Part shown: in pieces, positions 51,492 to 63,480 of the stretch
How positions within the stretch are numbered: position 1 is the stretch's first letter
How the letters are laid out: each line of letters starts with the position of its first letter
NCBI GenBank assembly: GCA_030390025.1
Contig: CM059428.1
Location: 168,578,001-168,642,000 of the forward strand
Reading direction: 5' to 3'
DNA from: Squalus acanthias
Taxonomy: Eukaryota
Length of the DNA stretch: 64,000 nucleotides
Notes under the pieces: model-generated
The model's input: the letters and a program-made list of their open reading frames with translations, nothing else
Database searches by the model: none
What the model was told of the DNA's origin: nothing
Made by a program: the position numbers and the translations under genes

Positions 51492-51980
51492 AAAAACTTA
51501 AAATATACTTTCAAATATATTAACATACTTTTAAAAATCTTAAATAGATTTAAAATACAATTTAAGTTGTAAACAGACTTAAAATCTATTATCTATTTAT
51601 CTTGCGGTCTTCTGCTCCGAAGTGCCTCTGTCCAGATCTCAATGCCCCTTCTAATGAGGTGCTGTTTCCCACCGGCAGTCACTGGGCGAGAGAAGAAGGA
51701 AATGGGGCTCTGCAGCCAACCACAGACCCCCTCCATACCATTATTTTTTGTGATGGGACAGAGACATTGCGGCTTGAAAAGTCGACCTCCAGCAAAGTAG
51801 TACAATGATCTCTAAGGCATACTTTTGGGGTGAGGATTCAACAGTAGGCATCCCTGCCCATTTTCCTCCCATAAACACTCCAGGATTGTCCAAGAGTGAG
51901 AGGATTCCGAAGGAAAATCCAGTTTACTGACTCTAGAATATGAAACATATATAATAGTTTGTGCAAAGTGTTATACTTAC

Positions 51981-52247
51981 TTTCAACATTTAACTTTGCT
52001 TTTGTCTTTTCATGAAGTGTTTCACAGGAGTAATTTCCACGGTCAGCAAAGCTCACATTTTTAATGGTAAGGATCTGCTTGTTGCCATCAACCTTAATGT
52101 CTACATTTCCATCAGGCTGAATGACGACATTATTTTTCATCCATTTAACTTCACCGCAAGGTTTTGAGAGTTCTATTTCCAAAATGGCTGTCTCTTTTTC
52201 TTCGACAGTCATGTTCTCCAATTTCTTTTTAAACAAGGCTGGAGCTT
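51981..52247 (-). CDS. OBSCN: Obscurin exon E, Ig domain (267 nt; EAPALFKKKLE...AKLNVE)
   Basis: Acceptor tttgttacag|AA, donor GAAA|gtaagt. Confidence 0.94.
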
Positions 52248-52449
52248 CTGTAACAAAATTTCAATACAAATTAATATTACTGTAATTAAAAATTAACCAT
52301 GTGTTTTTTTTTTAATCAACTGGTTCTTATTCAAGATATACTGGTTCAGATGTTTTGGGACGCGCGGGGACTAAGGGTTGATTCCCTGCACTTGAATGAT
52401 GAGTCCCGAGGCTCCACAGATATTGGGCCTCGAACCTCATTATAATGGA

Positions 52450-53052
52450 TTTGAGTATAAGAGTAAAGACATCTTACTGCAATTATATAGGGCCCTGGTG
52501 AGACCACACCTGGAGTATTGTGTACAGTTTTGGTCTCCTTACCTAAAGGAGGATATACTTGCCCTAGAGGGAGTGCAACGAAGTTTCACTAGACTGGGAT
52601 GGGGGGATTGTCCTATGAGGAGAGATTGAGTAGACTAGGCCTATATTCTCTGGAGTTTAGAAGAATGAGAGGTGATCTCATTGAAACATTCAAAATTCTT
52701 ACAGGGCTTGACAGGGTAGATGCAGGGAGGATGCTTCCCCTGGCTGGGGAATCAAGCAGGGGTCACAGACTCAGAATAAGGGGTAGGCCATTTAGCCCTG
52801 AGAGGAGGAGAAATTTCTTCACTCAAGAGGGTGGTGAATCTTTGGAATTCTCTACCCCAGAGGGCTGTAGAGTCTCTGTCATTGAGTATATTCAAGACAG
52901 ATTGATAGATTTTTGGATATTAAGGGAATAAAGGGATATGGTGATAGTGCTGGAAAGTGAAGTTGAGGTAGAAGATCAGCCATGATCTTACTGAATGGCG
53001 GAGCAGGCTCGAGGGGCCGAATGGCCTACTCCTGCTCCTATTTCTTACGTTC
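52450..53052 (+). mobile_element. 5'-truncated CR1 LINE with 10-bp target duplication
   Basis: LYRALVRPHLEYCVQFWSP...; ttataatgga at 52440-52449 and 53053-53062. Confidence 0.92.
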
Positions 53053-53062
53053 TTATAATGGA

Positions 53063-53556
53063 GCCAGGCACAGCCTCAAAGCATGCCGGCGAAGAGCAGT
53101 GGAACGTCTGGCCGCTGGTAACTGCAAGATTGGGGCCGGAAGATCAGGGATCGAGGCCGAGAGCGGCAGCAATGGGGAGAGGGGTGTGGGGTAGGTGCAG
53201 CGGCAATCGGTATCTTTAATGTGAGGTCAGGAGGAGCAGACTTGCTCCTCCCAGGTCCACATTCAGGTAAGTTACTTACTTTCTTAGTTGGCAGGCTTTG
53301 TTACCCTGAATGTAGCCAGCGATGGCACTGGCTTCCTTAGGGCAAACAAATCCAGAGGTGAACTCAAACAGGCATTAGGCCCCTTATTTGTATATGCAAA
53401 GTGATTAACACCCGCTTCTGGCCTGGGTAAAGGATACCTCTTGTTTGTCCTTATCCAATATGGCGGGTGGCGCATTTCCAATCAAAAATGTGCGCATGCT
53501 TCCTGCTTGCGATATTGGGGCCTTAGTAGTCCGATTAGCGCCTGAATAACTAGTCC
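53063..53556. mobile_element. Non-autonomous DNA element copy (host of the CR1; left part about 52355-52440)
   Basis: Inverted homology to 62378-62710 and 22660-22810 (ccaatatggc, gccctgagg/ccttagggc, ctacattcagg, ggagca..tgctcctcc). Confidence 0.6.
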
Positions 53557-53764
53557 CCTTCAATCTCCACCTTGTTCCTGGCCTTGTTAACCGTTTGAAA
53601 GTTCACCTTGACTTTACTACTGAAGGAAATGCGCTGATTTTCTACGATAACTGTGCAAAAACATTTTTGGAACTATTTTTATTTGATTGAAAAACCAAGG
53701 TGAAGGGCTAAGACTCATACTGCAAGGCTGAAGGGATAAAGAAAGAAAGGAAGGCAAGGAGGAT

Positions 53765-53970
53765 TTGCATTTATCACTGCAGTCACTGTTGTTACATAGA
53801 CAACAGTGACAATTTGTGCATAAGATTCCACAAAAAGCAAATGCGATTCATTTATTTTTGTTGATGTTGGTTGAGGGAGAAATGTTGGCCAGGACACTAG
53901 GACAACACCTACTCTTTTACGTCCACCTGAACCATGGGAACAAGTGGACATGGCCTTGGTTTAATGTCTC
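53765..53970 (-). mobile_element. Partial Deu-domain SINE
   Basis: ttgagggagaaatgttggccaggacac...ttttacgtccacctga matches the 46857-47316 copy. Confidence 0.75.
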
Positions 53971-54943
53971 AGCCATAGACTTTCGACAAAACTAGCCCTA
54001 GCAGATCAGCTGCCCGTTATACACCCTCATCAATTTTCCTTTCCATTGAAGTCAAATTACCCCCAAAGATGAAATTCAAGACCCTGAAAATCCATCGGGG
54101 ACCATTTCCCGGTGTAAATGTCAGGATGCGCCCGCCGCAGCTGCTAATCCCGCCAAAGTTCGCAGCTCGAAGAGGCGAGACCAGGAGAAGCAGGTCTTTG
54201 GCACTTGGGGGCACTTTGCAGCATATATGCATATAGCAGGGTAAATGACTAGCTGTGTGTGTGTGGGGGGGGGGCGGATTGGTTGCCACCTAAATCCCCC
54301 TCAGAAACAAATACATCCTACCCTGCCCCCCCCCCCCCCCACCCCCACAGTCCCCTTTGTGCAGACTACAGGGATCTGCTTTCAAAAAATTTAAAATAAA
54401 ATTATGTCCTCCTCTTCGGAAGTCCAAGCTTTGACACCAACTTGGGTCCCGAGGTGGGCCCCACTTCTGCTAGGTGTCAAGCAAGTGCGACTGGGTGTGA
54501 CCCCGACACTACGGCATGACTCAACTAAGGGTTGGGGCACAGGAACTTTGGGCTTCCAGAGTCCTTACACACCCTCCCCCGCTTCCCCTCCCCAATATCA
54601 ATGGTCTTGTAGCGACGGGTGGAGGGTACATCCCTACTCGGCCATTGCCGAATCCTTGGCAAAGTTGGAACCCAACACCCATTCCGGCAGACTCCCACTG
54701 GACTTGTGGTGAGAGTCCACCAGAACAGGCATGGAATTTTGGGTAATAGATTTCTTTACTTCAAATCCAACTTATCTTTCCAGTGTCTGTACAGTAGCAG
54801 TCATTACATTTTGAGTATGCTTTCAAAAAATGCTTTCAACTAATTTTTGGGGGGATTGATCCTTTGAGAATAAATTGTTGTTTAACTCTACAGTGTGCAT
54901 CATTCTCAGGGTACTTGCTAATAAATTAAGTTTGATTTCTCAC

Positions 54944-55213
54944 CTTGAACTTGAAGGTTGGCTGTTGTTTTTCCATTTTCAACTTGTGCAGAAATTTCAC
55001 ATGCATCCTTTAGTATCAGGTTTGTAATGGTCAAATTGTGGTTGGTTCCTTTGCATGATATGACATATTTCTCACTTGGTTCAACTTTGACTCCATTCTT
55101 ATACCAAGTAATTGCAGCATCCTCATGAGAGACACTGCATTTGAAGACGGCGTCCTCTCCTTCCACAGCCACTACACTGTGAAGCTCACTTCCAAACTTA
55201 ATAATCTTTGGAA
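54944..55213 (-). CDS. OBSCN: Obscurin exon D, Ig domain (270 nt; VPKIIKFGSEL...ANLQVQ)
   Basis: Acceptor ctctgaacag|TT, donor CAAG|gtgaga. Open frame. Confidence 0.92.
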
Positions 55214-57059
55214 CTGTTCAGAGTGAAACAAAAGTTTGCACATTGAGAATTGGTCAGTCTTGTCTTTTCAACTACTAATACACACTCACAACACACATCA
55301 TCAGCATAAACATTTATTAACAGAGTTTGCTTCAATAATGTGCTGGAACATTTTAAGTGGCGGTGGATGTAGCTGCTTGATCAAGAATATCAATTTATCA
55401 GGATGGTATTACAGGAAGATTGTTATGAAAGGAGCAAAGAACAGATAAAAATAGCTACACACAACCTGAGCTGAACTAGCCACAGGCTCCAATACTATTG
55501 CGTATTGTGATTTTTTTTTTGGCAGAACGCAGGAAACAAACAAACCAGGCTAAACTACTCAATTTTATGTTAAACGGTAGAATAAGTGTCAACTGATTGC
55601 ATGTATTAAAAACTCATGGACCTAATTGGTACCCACATTATAATTTTATCCCAGTCCACTTTAGGTTGGCATGTTTCAATTAAGATTTAATTCATCCCAA
55701 CCAAATATGTTGAAACTAAAAAAAATTTAACCTTCACAGGTACTCCTTGTTTAAGCCAGTTTGGATTCAGGTTCATTTATCTACAGATAGGAGGGAATAT
55801 TTCCCTCTGGCACTATGTTGGGGCGGGGACAGGACAATTGGGTGGGGAACTATCCCACCAGGGCTCCACAAGTTCTATCCCTGTAACGATCTTCCACTGT
55901 CACATCAGTCAGACATAACCAAATAAGGTGGCAATGATGAAGTGACGTTATACGTCAAATTTTTCATCATTAATGCCATAGCAACACTGGACCTAAGGAA
56001 TTCCTGTATACAACAGGCATCGACATTGCCAGGGCCAGTACAGCCCTTTTTAAATTATAAAGGTCACTAGAGGGACTGCAATCGATTGGTATCTCACTCC
56101 CGGTGTTTTGCTTCCGTTCTTTCAATGTTTAGATGCTTTCCCTTGACCTGGAGTACATCCCCCACATTAAGCTGCTGCAGGTGCCAGAGGCCTACAGCAG
56201 CAGGGATTTTCCTGCACTAGACAGGTGCCCCATGCTGGCAAAAATCCTCCTGGGAGCTCACAAAAAAATATTGAAATAGGGCTAACACTGGAAAGTTTGC
56301 CAGCATCAACAATGCATCTGGTGAGCAGGCAGTAAATCCCGTTCCGTATAACTGCAACAGAGAAAAATCTAGCCCAGGATCTCTGGGTCACTGATGCCTT
56401 AACTTATTTTTGTTATTGCACAAATAAATACTTGTGTTGTCAATTGAGCACCTATACTGACAAAAGCATTATCTAAAGGCGATACTTCTGTTCAAAGTAC
56501 TCCTCCAATCGCACTCTAAACAAAATATATAGCTATAAAAATATTCAGGCAGGAGAGAGCTTTCCTAATATCTGCAGGTTGATGTGAACTTCCAACCCCA
56601 CTGAAAAGAAATATAGTTCTTAGAGGAAACAGGCAGCTTCTTCCCATCAGTGATATCATCAGAGCAGTTCTGGTGAGGAGACCCAAACCGACATGCTTCT
56701 GTGACATCAGAAAATGGACATGTTACAAATGGCAAGACATATTTTTCTAGCTGTATTTTTCCAAAAGAACTGGGGAGGAGAACACTCAACAGAAAATACG
56801 TCCCCATGAATTTCATTCCCTTCAAATGTTACTATTTGCACTATTGCTAGCAGCATCTTTCATTTATATAAAGAGCTTCATTAAAAAAAAGTGACTTAAC
56901 TATATTAGCAATAGCAATGATACAGTTCTGTGCAGCCAAGAAACACAACTCAGTACAAAAAGTGAAATGCACTTCATGGGATGTGGCGGATTTGAACCTA
57001 TTGTTCATTCCAACTTATCTTATCTGTGGGGATTTCTTTTTACAAAGTTAAATTTTTCC

Positions 57060-57168
57060 AAATAAAAACAGAAAACGTTGGAAACACTCAGCATGTCCTG
57101 CTGAGTATTTCCAGCATTTTCTGTTTTTATTGCAGATTTCCAGCATCCGCAGTATTTTGCTTTTGCTT
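57060..57168. mobile_element. Penelope-like inverted terminal fragments
   Basis: aaaacagaaaacgttggaaacactcagca / tgctgagtatttccagcattttctgtttt hairpin. Same family as 37381-37536. Confidence 0.6.
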
Positions 57169-57480
57169 ATATTTTGCAGATGCTTTACATCATAAAGTGA
57201 ATCTGCTTTCTCTTTTTTGAAGGAAAAATTCTTTCGAAAAAGCTCAAAAAAGTATTAAACTTTATTTCTTATGCAAAATGCACATTTTCAGTCATAAGAT
57301 AGCTATGAATATGGCAAGATTGTTAAGAATATTAACATTGAATGATCAGCAGTTAAGGCTACGATTTCATAGTTAAAGCTCAGGAGGGAGACTAATTCAG
57401 CTAACTCTTCTGTTAGTAAAATATTCAACTGTGACAAAATTTGGTTAATAAAGTAGATTGAAAATTGAACAAAGTATTAC

Positions 57481-57747
57481 CCTTGGTGGTCAATTTAGCA
57501 GTGGTAACATCATCCTTTGATTCGCACAGATATTCCCCCTCATCCTCAATAGTTACTTCAGAAATGGTCAAACTTCGCTTCTGACCATCTGCCTGTATTT
57601 TTAGCCTGCGGCTTGGTTTGATTTCTGTTCCATTTCGTCGCCACAAGACATCACCCTTTGCTTGATTTAGCTCACACGTAAGCACAACTGTATCATTGGA
57701 CAGCGCATTTATATTTTCCAGCTTCTTTGTGAACAAGACGGGTAACT
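57481..57747 (-). CDS. OBSCN: Obscurin exon C, Ig domain (267 nt; ELPVLFTKKLE...AKLTTK)
   Basis: Acceptor ttcctcgcag|AG, donor AAGG|gtaata. DEGEYLC motif. Confidence 0.93.
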
Positions 57748-58144
57748 CTGCGAGGAAAACATAATTCCTAAAATAGTCTTAAACCAATCAACATTTTCAT
57801 AAAACAAACTGCTTTCTGTTTTTCCATTCTCTTCCAAAGAGTATTCACTCATATAAGCACTGACTTTTGTTTTCTTTCCAAACCATGCAGCCCCTCAAGC
57901 CTCTTCCTCCGTTTAATTACATCATGGCAGATCTGTACCTCAACTTCATTTACCCGCTTTTATTTCATATCCATTGATACCCTTACCGAACAAATATCTA
58001 ACAATCTCAGTTTCCAAAATAAAATAAGGGGAGAGAAAATTAGGTAGGGAACGGAAACAAAAGGATTGGTTCATCACATGGACAAAATTCATTAATTATT
58101 AAAGGGACAGCAAATGCTGGGGATCTTCTCAGTCAGTTACTAAC

Positions 58145-58414
58145 CTGTAACCTGAATGTTGAAGGTTAGTTTCTCTCCAGCTGCTTCACATATGTATTCA
58201 CCTCCATCTTTTGACTCCACATTCTGAATGATAAGCTTTCGAATTTTACCATCAGATTCAAGTTTCCATCTTTTACTCCGACTGAGCAGTTTTCCATTTC
58301 TGAACCATTTGACCTCGGTTTTGGACTGTGATACTTCGCAGCTGAGAGTAGCATTCTCTGATTGTCGAACCTTCACCTCCTTCTGAACTGAATCTTTATT
58401 GGCAAATTCTAGTT
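58145..58414 (-). CDS. OBSCN: Obscurin exon B, Ig domain (270 nt; ELEFANKDSVQKEV...LTFNIQVT)
   Basis: Acceptor ttgattgcag|AA, donor ACAG|gttagt. Near-duplicate of exon A. Confidence 0.92.
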
Positions 58415-58899
58415 CTGCAATCAAGAAAAGTTCAATTGGAACATTGGAGAGAAAAATGGCAGAGATAAATCTAACCAGTGATTTGAACTCAAAGTTAACA
58501 AAAAGGTTTGATGAGGGACAACAATGTAATAATGCATTCATTTCTTTTTAAATCCATTCCAAATTTTGTAAAACAAACTCTCTAAATTTTGAATGTCTGA
58601 ATTGCTCCAGGATTCATCTCAACACTTGTTAGGAGACCCAACCACCACCATGTTCTTCGGGTACAGACGGATGTCAAAAAGTTCTTTACAAGGAGTAAGA
58701 AACACACTGAACACTAAGAAGGAAGGGGAAAGGGGGAAGCCGGTCCAAAGAGAAAGATTTTGAGGAGGTTTTGGATAAGTCATAACTTCCCCTAGCTAAA
58801 TATTGGGAAGACTGAAGCCATTGTCTTGGGCCCTCACTAGATTCCTCTCCCTCACCACTGAACCTATAAACCCATCTACCACTGTTTCAGCCTTAACAA

Positions 58900-59575
58900 G
58901 ACTATTTGCAACCTCGGAAAAACCATTTGACCCCAAACTGAATTTCTATCCCCCATACCTTCTTCATCAGAAATATTGCTACCACTTTCAGAACATCTCC
59001 CACCTCCATTCCTACCTCATTCCATCTGCTGCTGAAACCTTTATTCATGCCTTCATAAAATACAAACTTGATTACGCCAATGCTCTCCTTACGAGCCTCC
59101 TATCCCTCCACAAACTGCAGCTCATCCATAACTCTCCTGCTCGTTTCCTAACGCACACCAAATCCTGTTCATCCATCACTCCTGTTTTTGATGGCCTACA
59201 CTGACCCCCAATAGACCAATTCCTCAAATTTAAAACTCTTGTTTTTGTGTTTAAATTCCTCCATGGCTTCACCCTCTCTACTTCTGTAACCTCATACAAG
59301 CTTTCCCAAACTCTTATTCATCCCTCCCTCCTTTCAACTCACTAGTAACCATGCCTTCAGTCACCTTGGTCCACTTTCCCGAATTTCCTCTCCAAATTCC
59401 TCCACCTTTCCACCTCTCTTGCTTCCTTTAAGACCTTCTATAAAACCTATCTCTTTGCCCAAACCTTTAGTCAATCCTTATAATTATCCTCACCTTGGCT
59501 TGGAATTTGTATCTTATCACCCTTTGGGATATTTTTCTGTGTTAAAGGCACTATATAAATGTAAGTTGTTGTTTT
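58900..59575 (+). mobile_element. Old L2 LINE 3' fragment
   Basis: PSAAETFIHAF..KLDYANALL..LHKLQLIHNSPAR. Tail cactatataaatgtaagttgttgtt. Confidence 0.82.
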
Positions 59576-60854
59576 CAAAACAAGTTGAGAGTGGAAAGGC
59601 AGAGGGATCTAGGGACAAAGATCTAGGGACAAAGTTCCAGGTAGTAGGGGCATAGTGCCTGCGAGAACTAAAACAAATGATAGAGCAAAGGAAGCGGGGA
59701 ACAAGGAGGGGAGGATGTGTACAAGAGCATATGGCAGAATGAGATCACAGAGACACGCTGGCATGCAACCAGGGTTTGAAAGGGAGGACAAGGATCTTGG
59801 AAGTCAATTCGCTGTGTAACAGAGAGCCAATGAACCTTGGAAAGAACGATAATTGTGCATAGATTTTTGTGTGTGAGGATGTGGACTATTGCATTCTGAA
59901 TGGTTGTTTCTGTCTCACCTGCTCCATCCCTCTTGTACCGTTCCTACCTGTCCATCTCTGTGGCTCTGTTCTCTCCTGGTTCAATTGCCTTTCAACATTG
60001 ACACTGCATTTCTTCCAATGGCTTCTCTCCTGCAACTACAGTCACCTCTGGTGTAAACCAGGGGACCATCTTTTGCCCCCTTCTCACCATCATTTGTACA
60101 GTATCAAAGGCAGGAAAGAGGTTAAGGAAGAGGAGGACAGAAAGCAAGACAAAATCTGGGCAGCCGAATTGTAAAGTCTTGAAAAGAGTGTGGTGGGAGA
60201 GTAGTTGTAAAGCAAAGATTCGATGCAGGATGCAAACTAGAGAGAATGGATGAATTGAAGGTGCTCTTTTTGATGAAGAGGTGATGATGCTTATTATGAA
60301 CGAGGTAAGGACAGTGCTAAATGATAGAAATGGGTTCATGTCAGTGAGCATTGGACCAATTGAAAACGAGTAGAGAAAGCAGACAGGGCAACAGACTCAA
60401 TTCCCGAATCTCGCTCACCTATAAAAATGACTGCAGGTCCCTCCCATGGATAGGTTGGTCTCTCATGTAACAGTTTTCCCTTAGCTACTTTTGTTGCAAC
60501 ATAAGTGCAGCATTAGCCTCGTTATTATAATCAGATATTTTAAGACATTTTTATTTTCATGTTGGCAACAATTTATGTGCTGCATTAAGCATATATATCT
60601 TTGAAATAAAGGAAAGCTATGCGCAGGAATTTCATCTGCGCTGCTCCTGGCCAGTAATGCAGCGGATACCGTTTATGCACTTAAATGGGATTTCCGGCAT
60701 ACTTCCGGAAAAGTTACATCAGTGAATGGGGAGAAACTCCGAGGACTTCCCGGCATATGTCAGAAAAACGGTATGTGAGAGATAATTACCTCAGAAAATA
60801 TCATCAGCAAACATAAAATGAAAACCAGACAGCAAATCATCAACAATTACTAAC

Positions 60855-61130
60855 CTGCAACATCAATATGGAAAATCAATTTCTCTCCAGCTGCTTCACA
60901 GATATAATTGCCTCCGTCCTTTGACTCTGCGTTCTGAATAACAAGTTTTCGAATTCTACCGTCAGATTCAAGTTTAACTTTCTGACTGGGACTGAGAATT
61001 TTTCCACTTTTGGACCATTTGACCTCAGTTTTGAGTTGTGACACTTCACAGCTGAGAATAGCATTCTCTGATGCGCGAACCTTTACCTCTTTCTGAACTG
61101 ATTCTTTATTGGCAAATACTGGTTCTGGTT
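60855..61130 (-). CDS. OBSCN: Obscurin exon A, Ig domain (276 nt; EPEPVFANKESVQKEV...LIFHIDVA)
   Basis: Acceptor ttgtttgcag|AA, donor GCAG|gttagt, phase 1-1. Typical obscurin 276-nt tandem repeat exon. Confidence 0.93.
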
Positions 61131-61847
61131 CTGCAAACAAAAGAGTTTTGACTAGTAAGATCAAGAATTTTTAAGAATAGGAAAATGCCATTAGGCCCAA
61201 CAAGTCCATCATCCCTTTCTGATGTTGTTAATCCCACCTAGCCACCTTCTCATCAAACCCTTAACCCTTTCTCCCTTCTAACAACATATCTAGGTGTCCC
61301 TTGAATTAATTTGTACTGTTTGCTTCAGTGTTCTTCCCTGGTAATTTATTCCACTAGTCTAATACATATTGTTTGAAAAGTTATGGCTGGCTTCTCTTCT
61401 TACTCCAAACATCCTGAGCCGAGAAAACGTGTGAATCAGATTATCGTCCAGGTTTCCACACCTCTCAGGATGCCCAGCAAATTGTACTCCAGGGGTAGGC
61501 ACTTCCCCTGCCCATTCCCGTTACACTGAACCAGCACTTTGGGGCATTTCTAGGGGTATTTATACGCTATGCCGGAATTCCACCTGAAGTGTCCCTGACA
61601 GGCCCAGCGGGACCTGTATCTGCTAAGGTTCCATTGTGGGCTGAAAGTGGGTCTGAAATTACAATGGTATACAGCAAACCATCCCATCGTTTGCTTCGGG
61701 TCGGCAGCAGAAATCCTGTACTGCCACAGTTCCACTACCACAATAGTGCCACGGAATTTCAGCCCCTACTGTTTAAATGTTGTCCTCTGATATTTGAATT
61801 CTTCACCACTACCTACTATTTGGCAATGCTCTTCACAACCAATCAAT

Positions 61848-62234
61848 TAATTTTGAAGTGTAGTCGCTTGTAATTTAAGAAAATGCACAGCCAATTTGCA
61901 CATAGCAAGGTTCCACAAACAGCAATGAGATAAATGGACTGATAATCCATTTTAGTGATGCTGGTTGAAGTATAAATATTGGCCAAAATACCAGGAGAAC
62001 TCCACTGCTTTTCTTTGAATTGTACCATGGGATCTTTTACATCCATCTGAGGGGGCAGACGGGGCCTCGGTTTAACATCTCATCCGAAACACGGCACCTC
62101 CAGGTGTGCAGCACTCCTTCAGTACTGCACTGAAGTGTCATCCTAGATTATGTCCTCAATTCTCTGGAGTGGGGCGTGAACCTATGACCACCTGACCCAC
62201 AGGTGAGAGTGTGACCCCCTGAGCCAAGACTAAC
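61848..62234 (-). mobile_element. Deu-domain SINE (head and core, tail missing)
   Basis: Homologous to 46857-47316 from the tRNA head through the Deu core. Confidence 0.85.
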
Positions 62235-62377
62235 AGTTCTCCTCCAATGTGTTCTTAAAATGAAAAAAAATGCCAATTGTTTTTTCATGAAAACAGACCT
62301 CGTTGAAGAAAATATGAAGGGTTTACAATAAATGGAAACATTATCTTCTCACCATAATACAACATGCATTTACATAT

Positions 62378-62712
62378 GGGGCTAGAAACTAGGCTGCGTA
62401 GTGCTCATTTTTCAGGTGCTAGGCTGAGGCCCCTAACTTTTGGCTGAACGTGAACTAACTGCCATATTGGGTATGGAAAAACAAGAAGCGTCCTTTGCCC
62501 GTGCCTGGAGCAGGCGTTAGGCCCTTTTCTAATGCAAATAAGGGACCTACCACCTGTTTGAGGTCCCCGCTCCAACATTGGTTTGCCCTGAGGCATCAAG
62601 CGCCATCACAGGCTACATTCAGGAAAAATTGCCCTACTGAACAGCAGCCAATCAAGAAGCTAAGCAACTTAGCTGCATGTGGATCCAGAAGGAGCACAAG
62701 TGCTCCTCCCAA
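62378..62712. mobile_element. Non-autonomous DNA element end (ggggctagaaa...)
   Basis: Shared motifs with 53063-53556, 30247-30600 and 27340-27690. Confidence 0.55.
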
Positions 62713-62899
62713 CCCCAATCATCACTACCGACACAGCTCCCCACCACCACCCCATCCCACCACCAATGCCTAGTTCTGAAGCAGCTTCAAAAATTTCTTT
62801 ATGTAAAAGTTCAAAGTCTAGAAATTCAAGAGCACCCATTTCTAGGTAAACATAAATATATTTCCCACAGTGCTTCACAACCAGGCGTGAGGAAAATGA

Positions 62900-63330
62900 A
62901 CTCCAGCCTGAAAGGGTGAATTAAGGAGGGATGACTAAAAGCTTGGTTAAAAAAAGATAGCTTTTAAGGCGATCTTTACAGATGTGCAGAGAGGTGGCGA
63001 GGCAGAGATGTAGGAAAGGAGTTTCAGAGCTTAGTACTGAAGTGACTGAAGGGTTTGTTGTCAATTACAAGGCAAAAGAGGTATAGATTTATAGACAAGG
63101 ATTAGGATTGAATGTAATGCATTGGGGACAGGAAACCAGTATAGGTCAGCGAGGTTCGCTGTTGACAGGCAAGTGGAATTTAGTGTGGGACAGAGTATGT
63201 GTGAAAGTTTATGTAGGGTGGAGGATGGGAGGCGAACAAGAAGAATATTGAAGTACACAAGTCTGGAAGTGGTGCAGATAAGGGTTTCAGAAGAAGGGAC
63301 AAATATTACTGCAATGTACAAGTGAGACAC
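62900..63330 (-). mobile_element. Old L2 fragment
   Basis: SSETLICTTSRLVYFNILL...DLYWFPV...ILILVYKS. Confidence 0.7.
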
Positions 63331-63480
63331 TAAAATATGCGGTAACAGGAATATCACTGCACATGTTAATTTAACTCCCTTATACCTAATGCAGTGAAAC
63401 ACTTGACAGATATATAACTTTCAAGTAATTACTCGCAAATACTTAGATAAGGCATATTATCGTGGCCTCTATCTCCTCCC

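Larger units (their letters stand above)
3080..61130 (-). other. OBSCN: Obscurin gene, internal segment (21 coding exons, 19 tandem I-set Ig domains; gene extends beyond both window ends)
   Basis: Exons of 267-276 nt, nearly all phase 1-1 with GT/AG ends, splice into one open frame. Domain order and motifs (EAPALFKKKLE, KIGMEKHRVIFEC, DLNIGITKRLK, WFLDKTPLH, ALPVLF) follow the vertebrate obscurin Ig tandem as I recall it. Confidence 0.93.

Noticed and set aside
3080-61130. Assignment to titin or OBSL1 instead of OBSCN
   Set aside because: The domain order and distinctive peptides follow obscurin consecutively, including the 276-nt repeat exons. No Fn3 or PEVK pattern is present.
2988-61164. 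ORF-track Ig ORFs as standalone genes with their listed start and stop codons
   Set aside because: They are exons with read-through into introns. The true limits are the GT/AG sites given.
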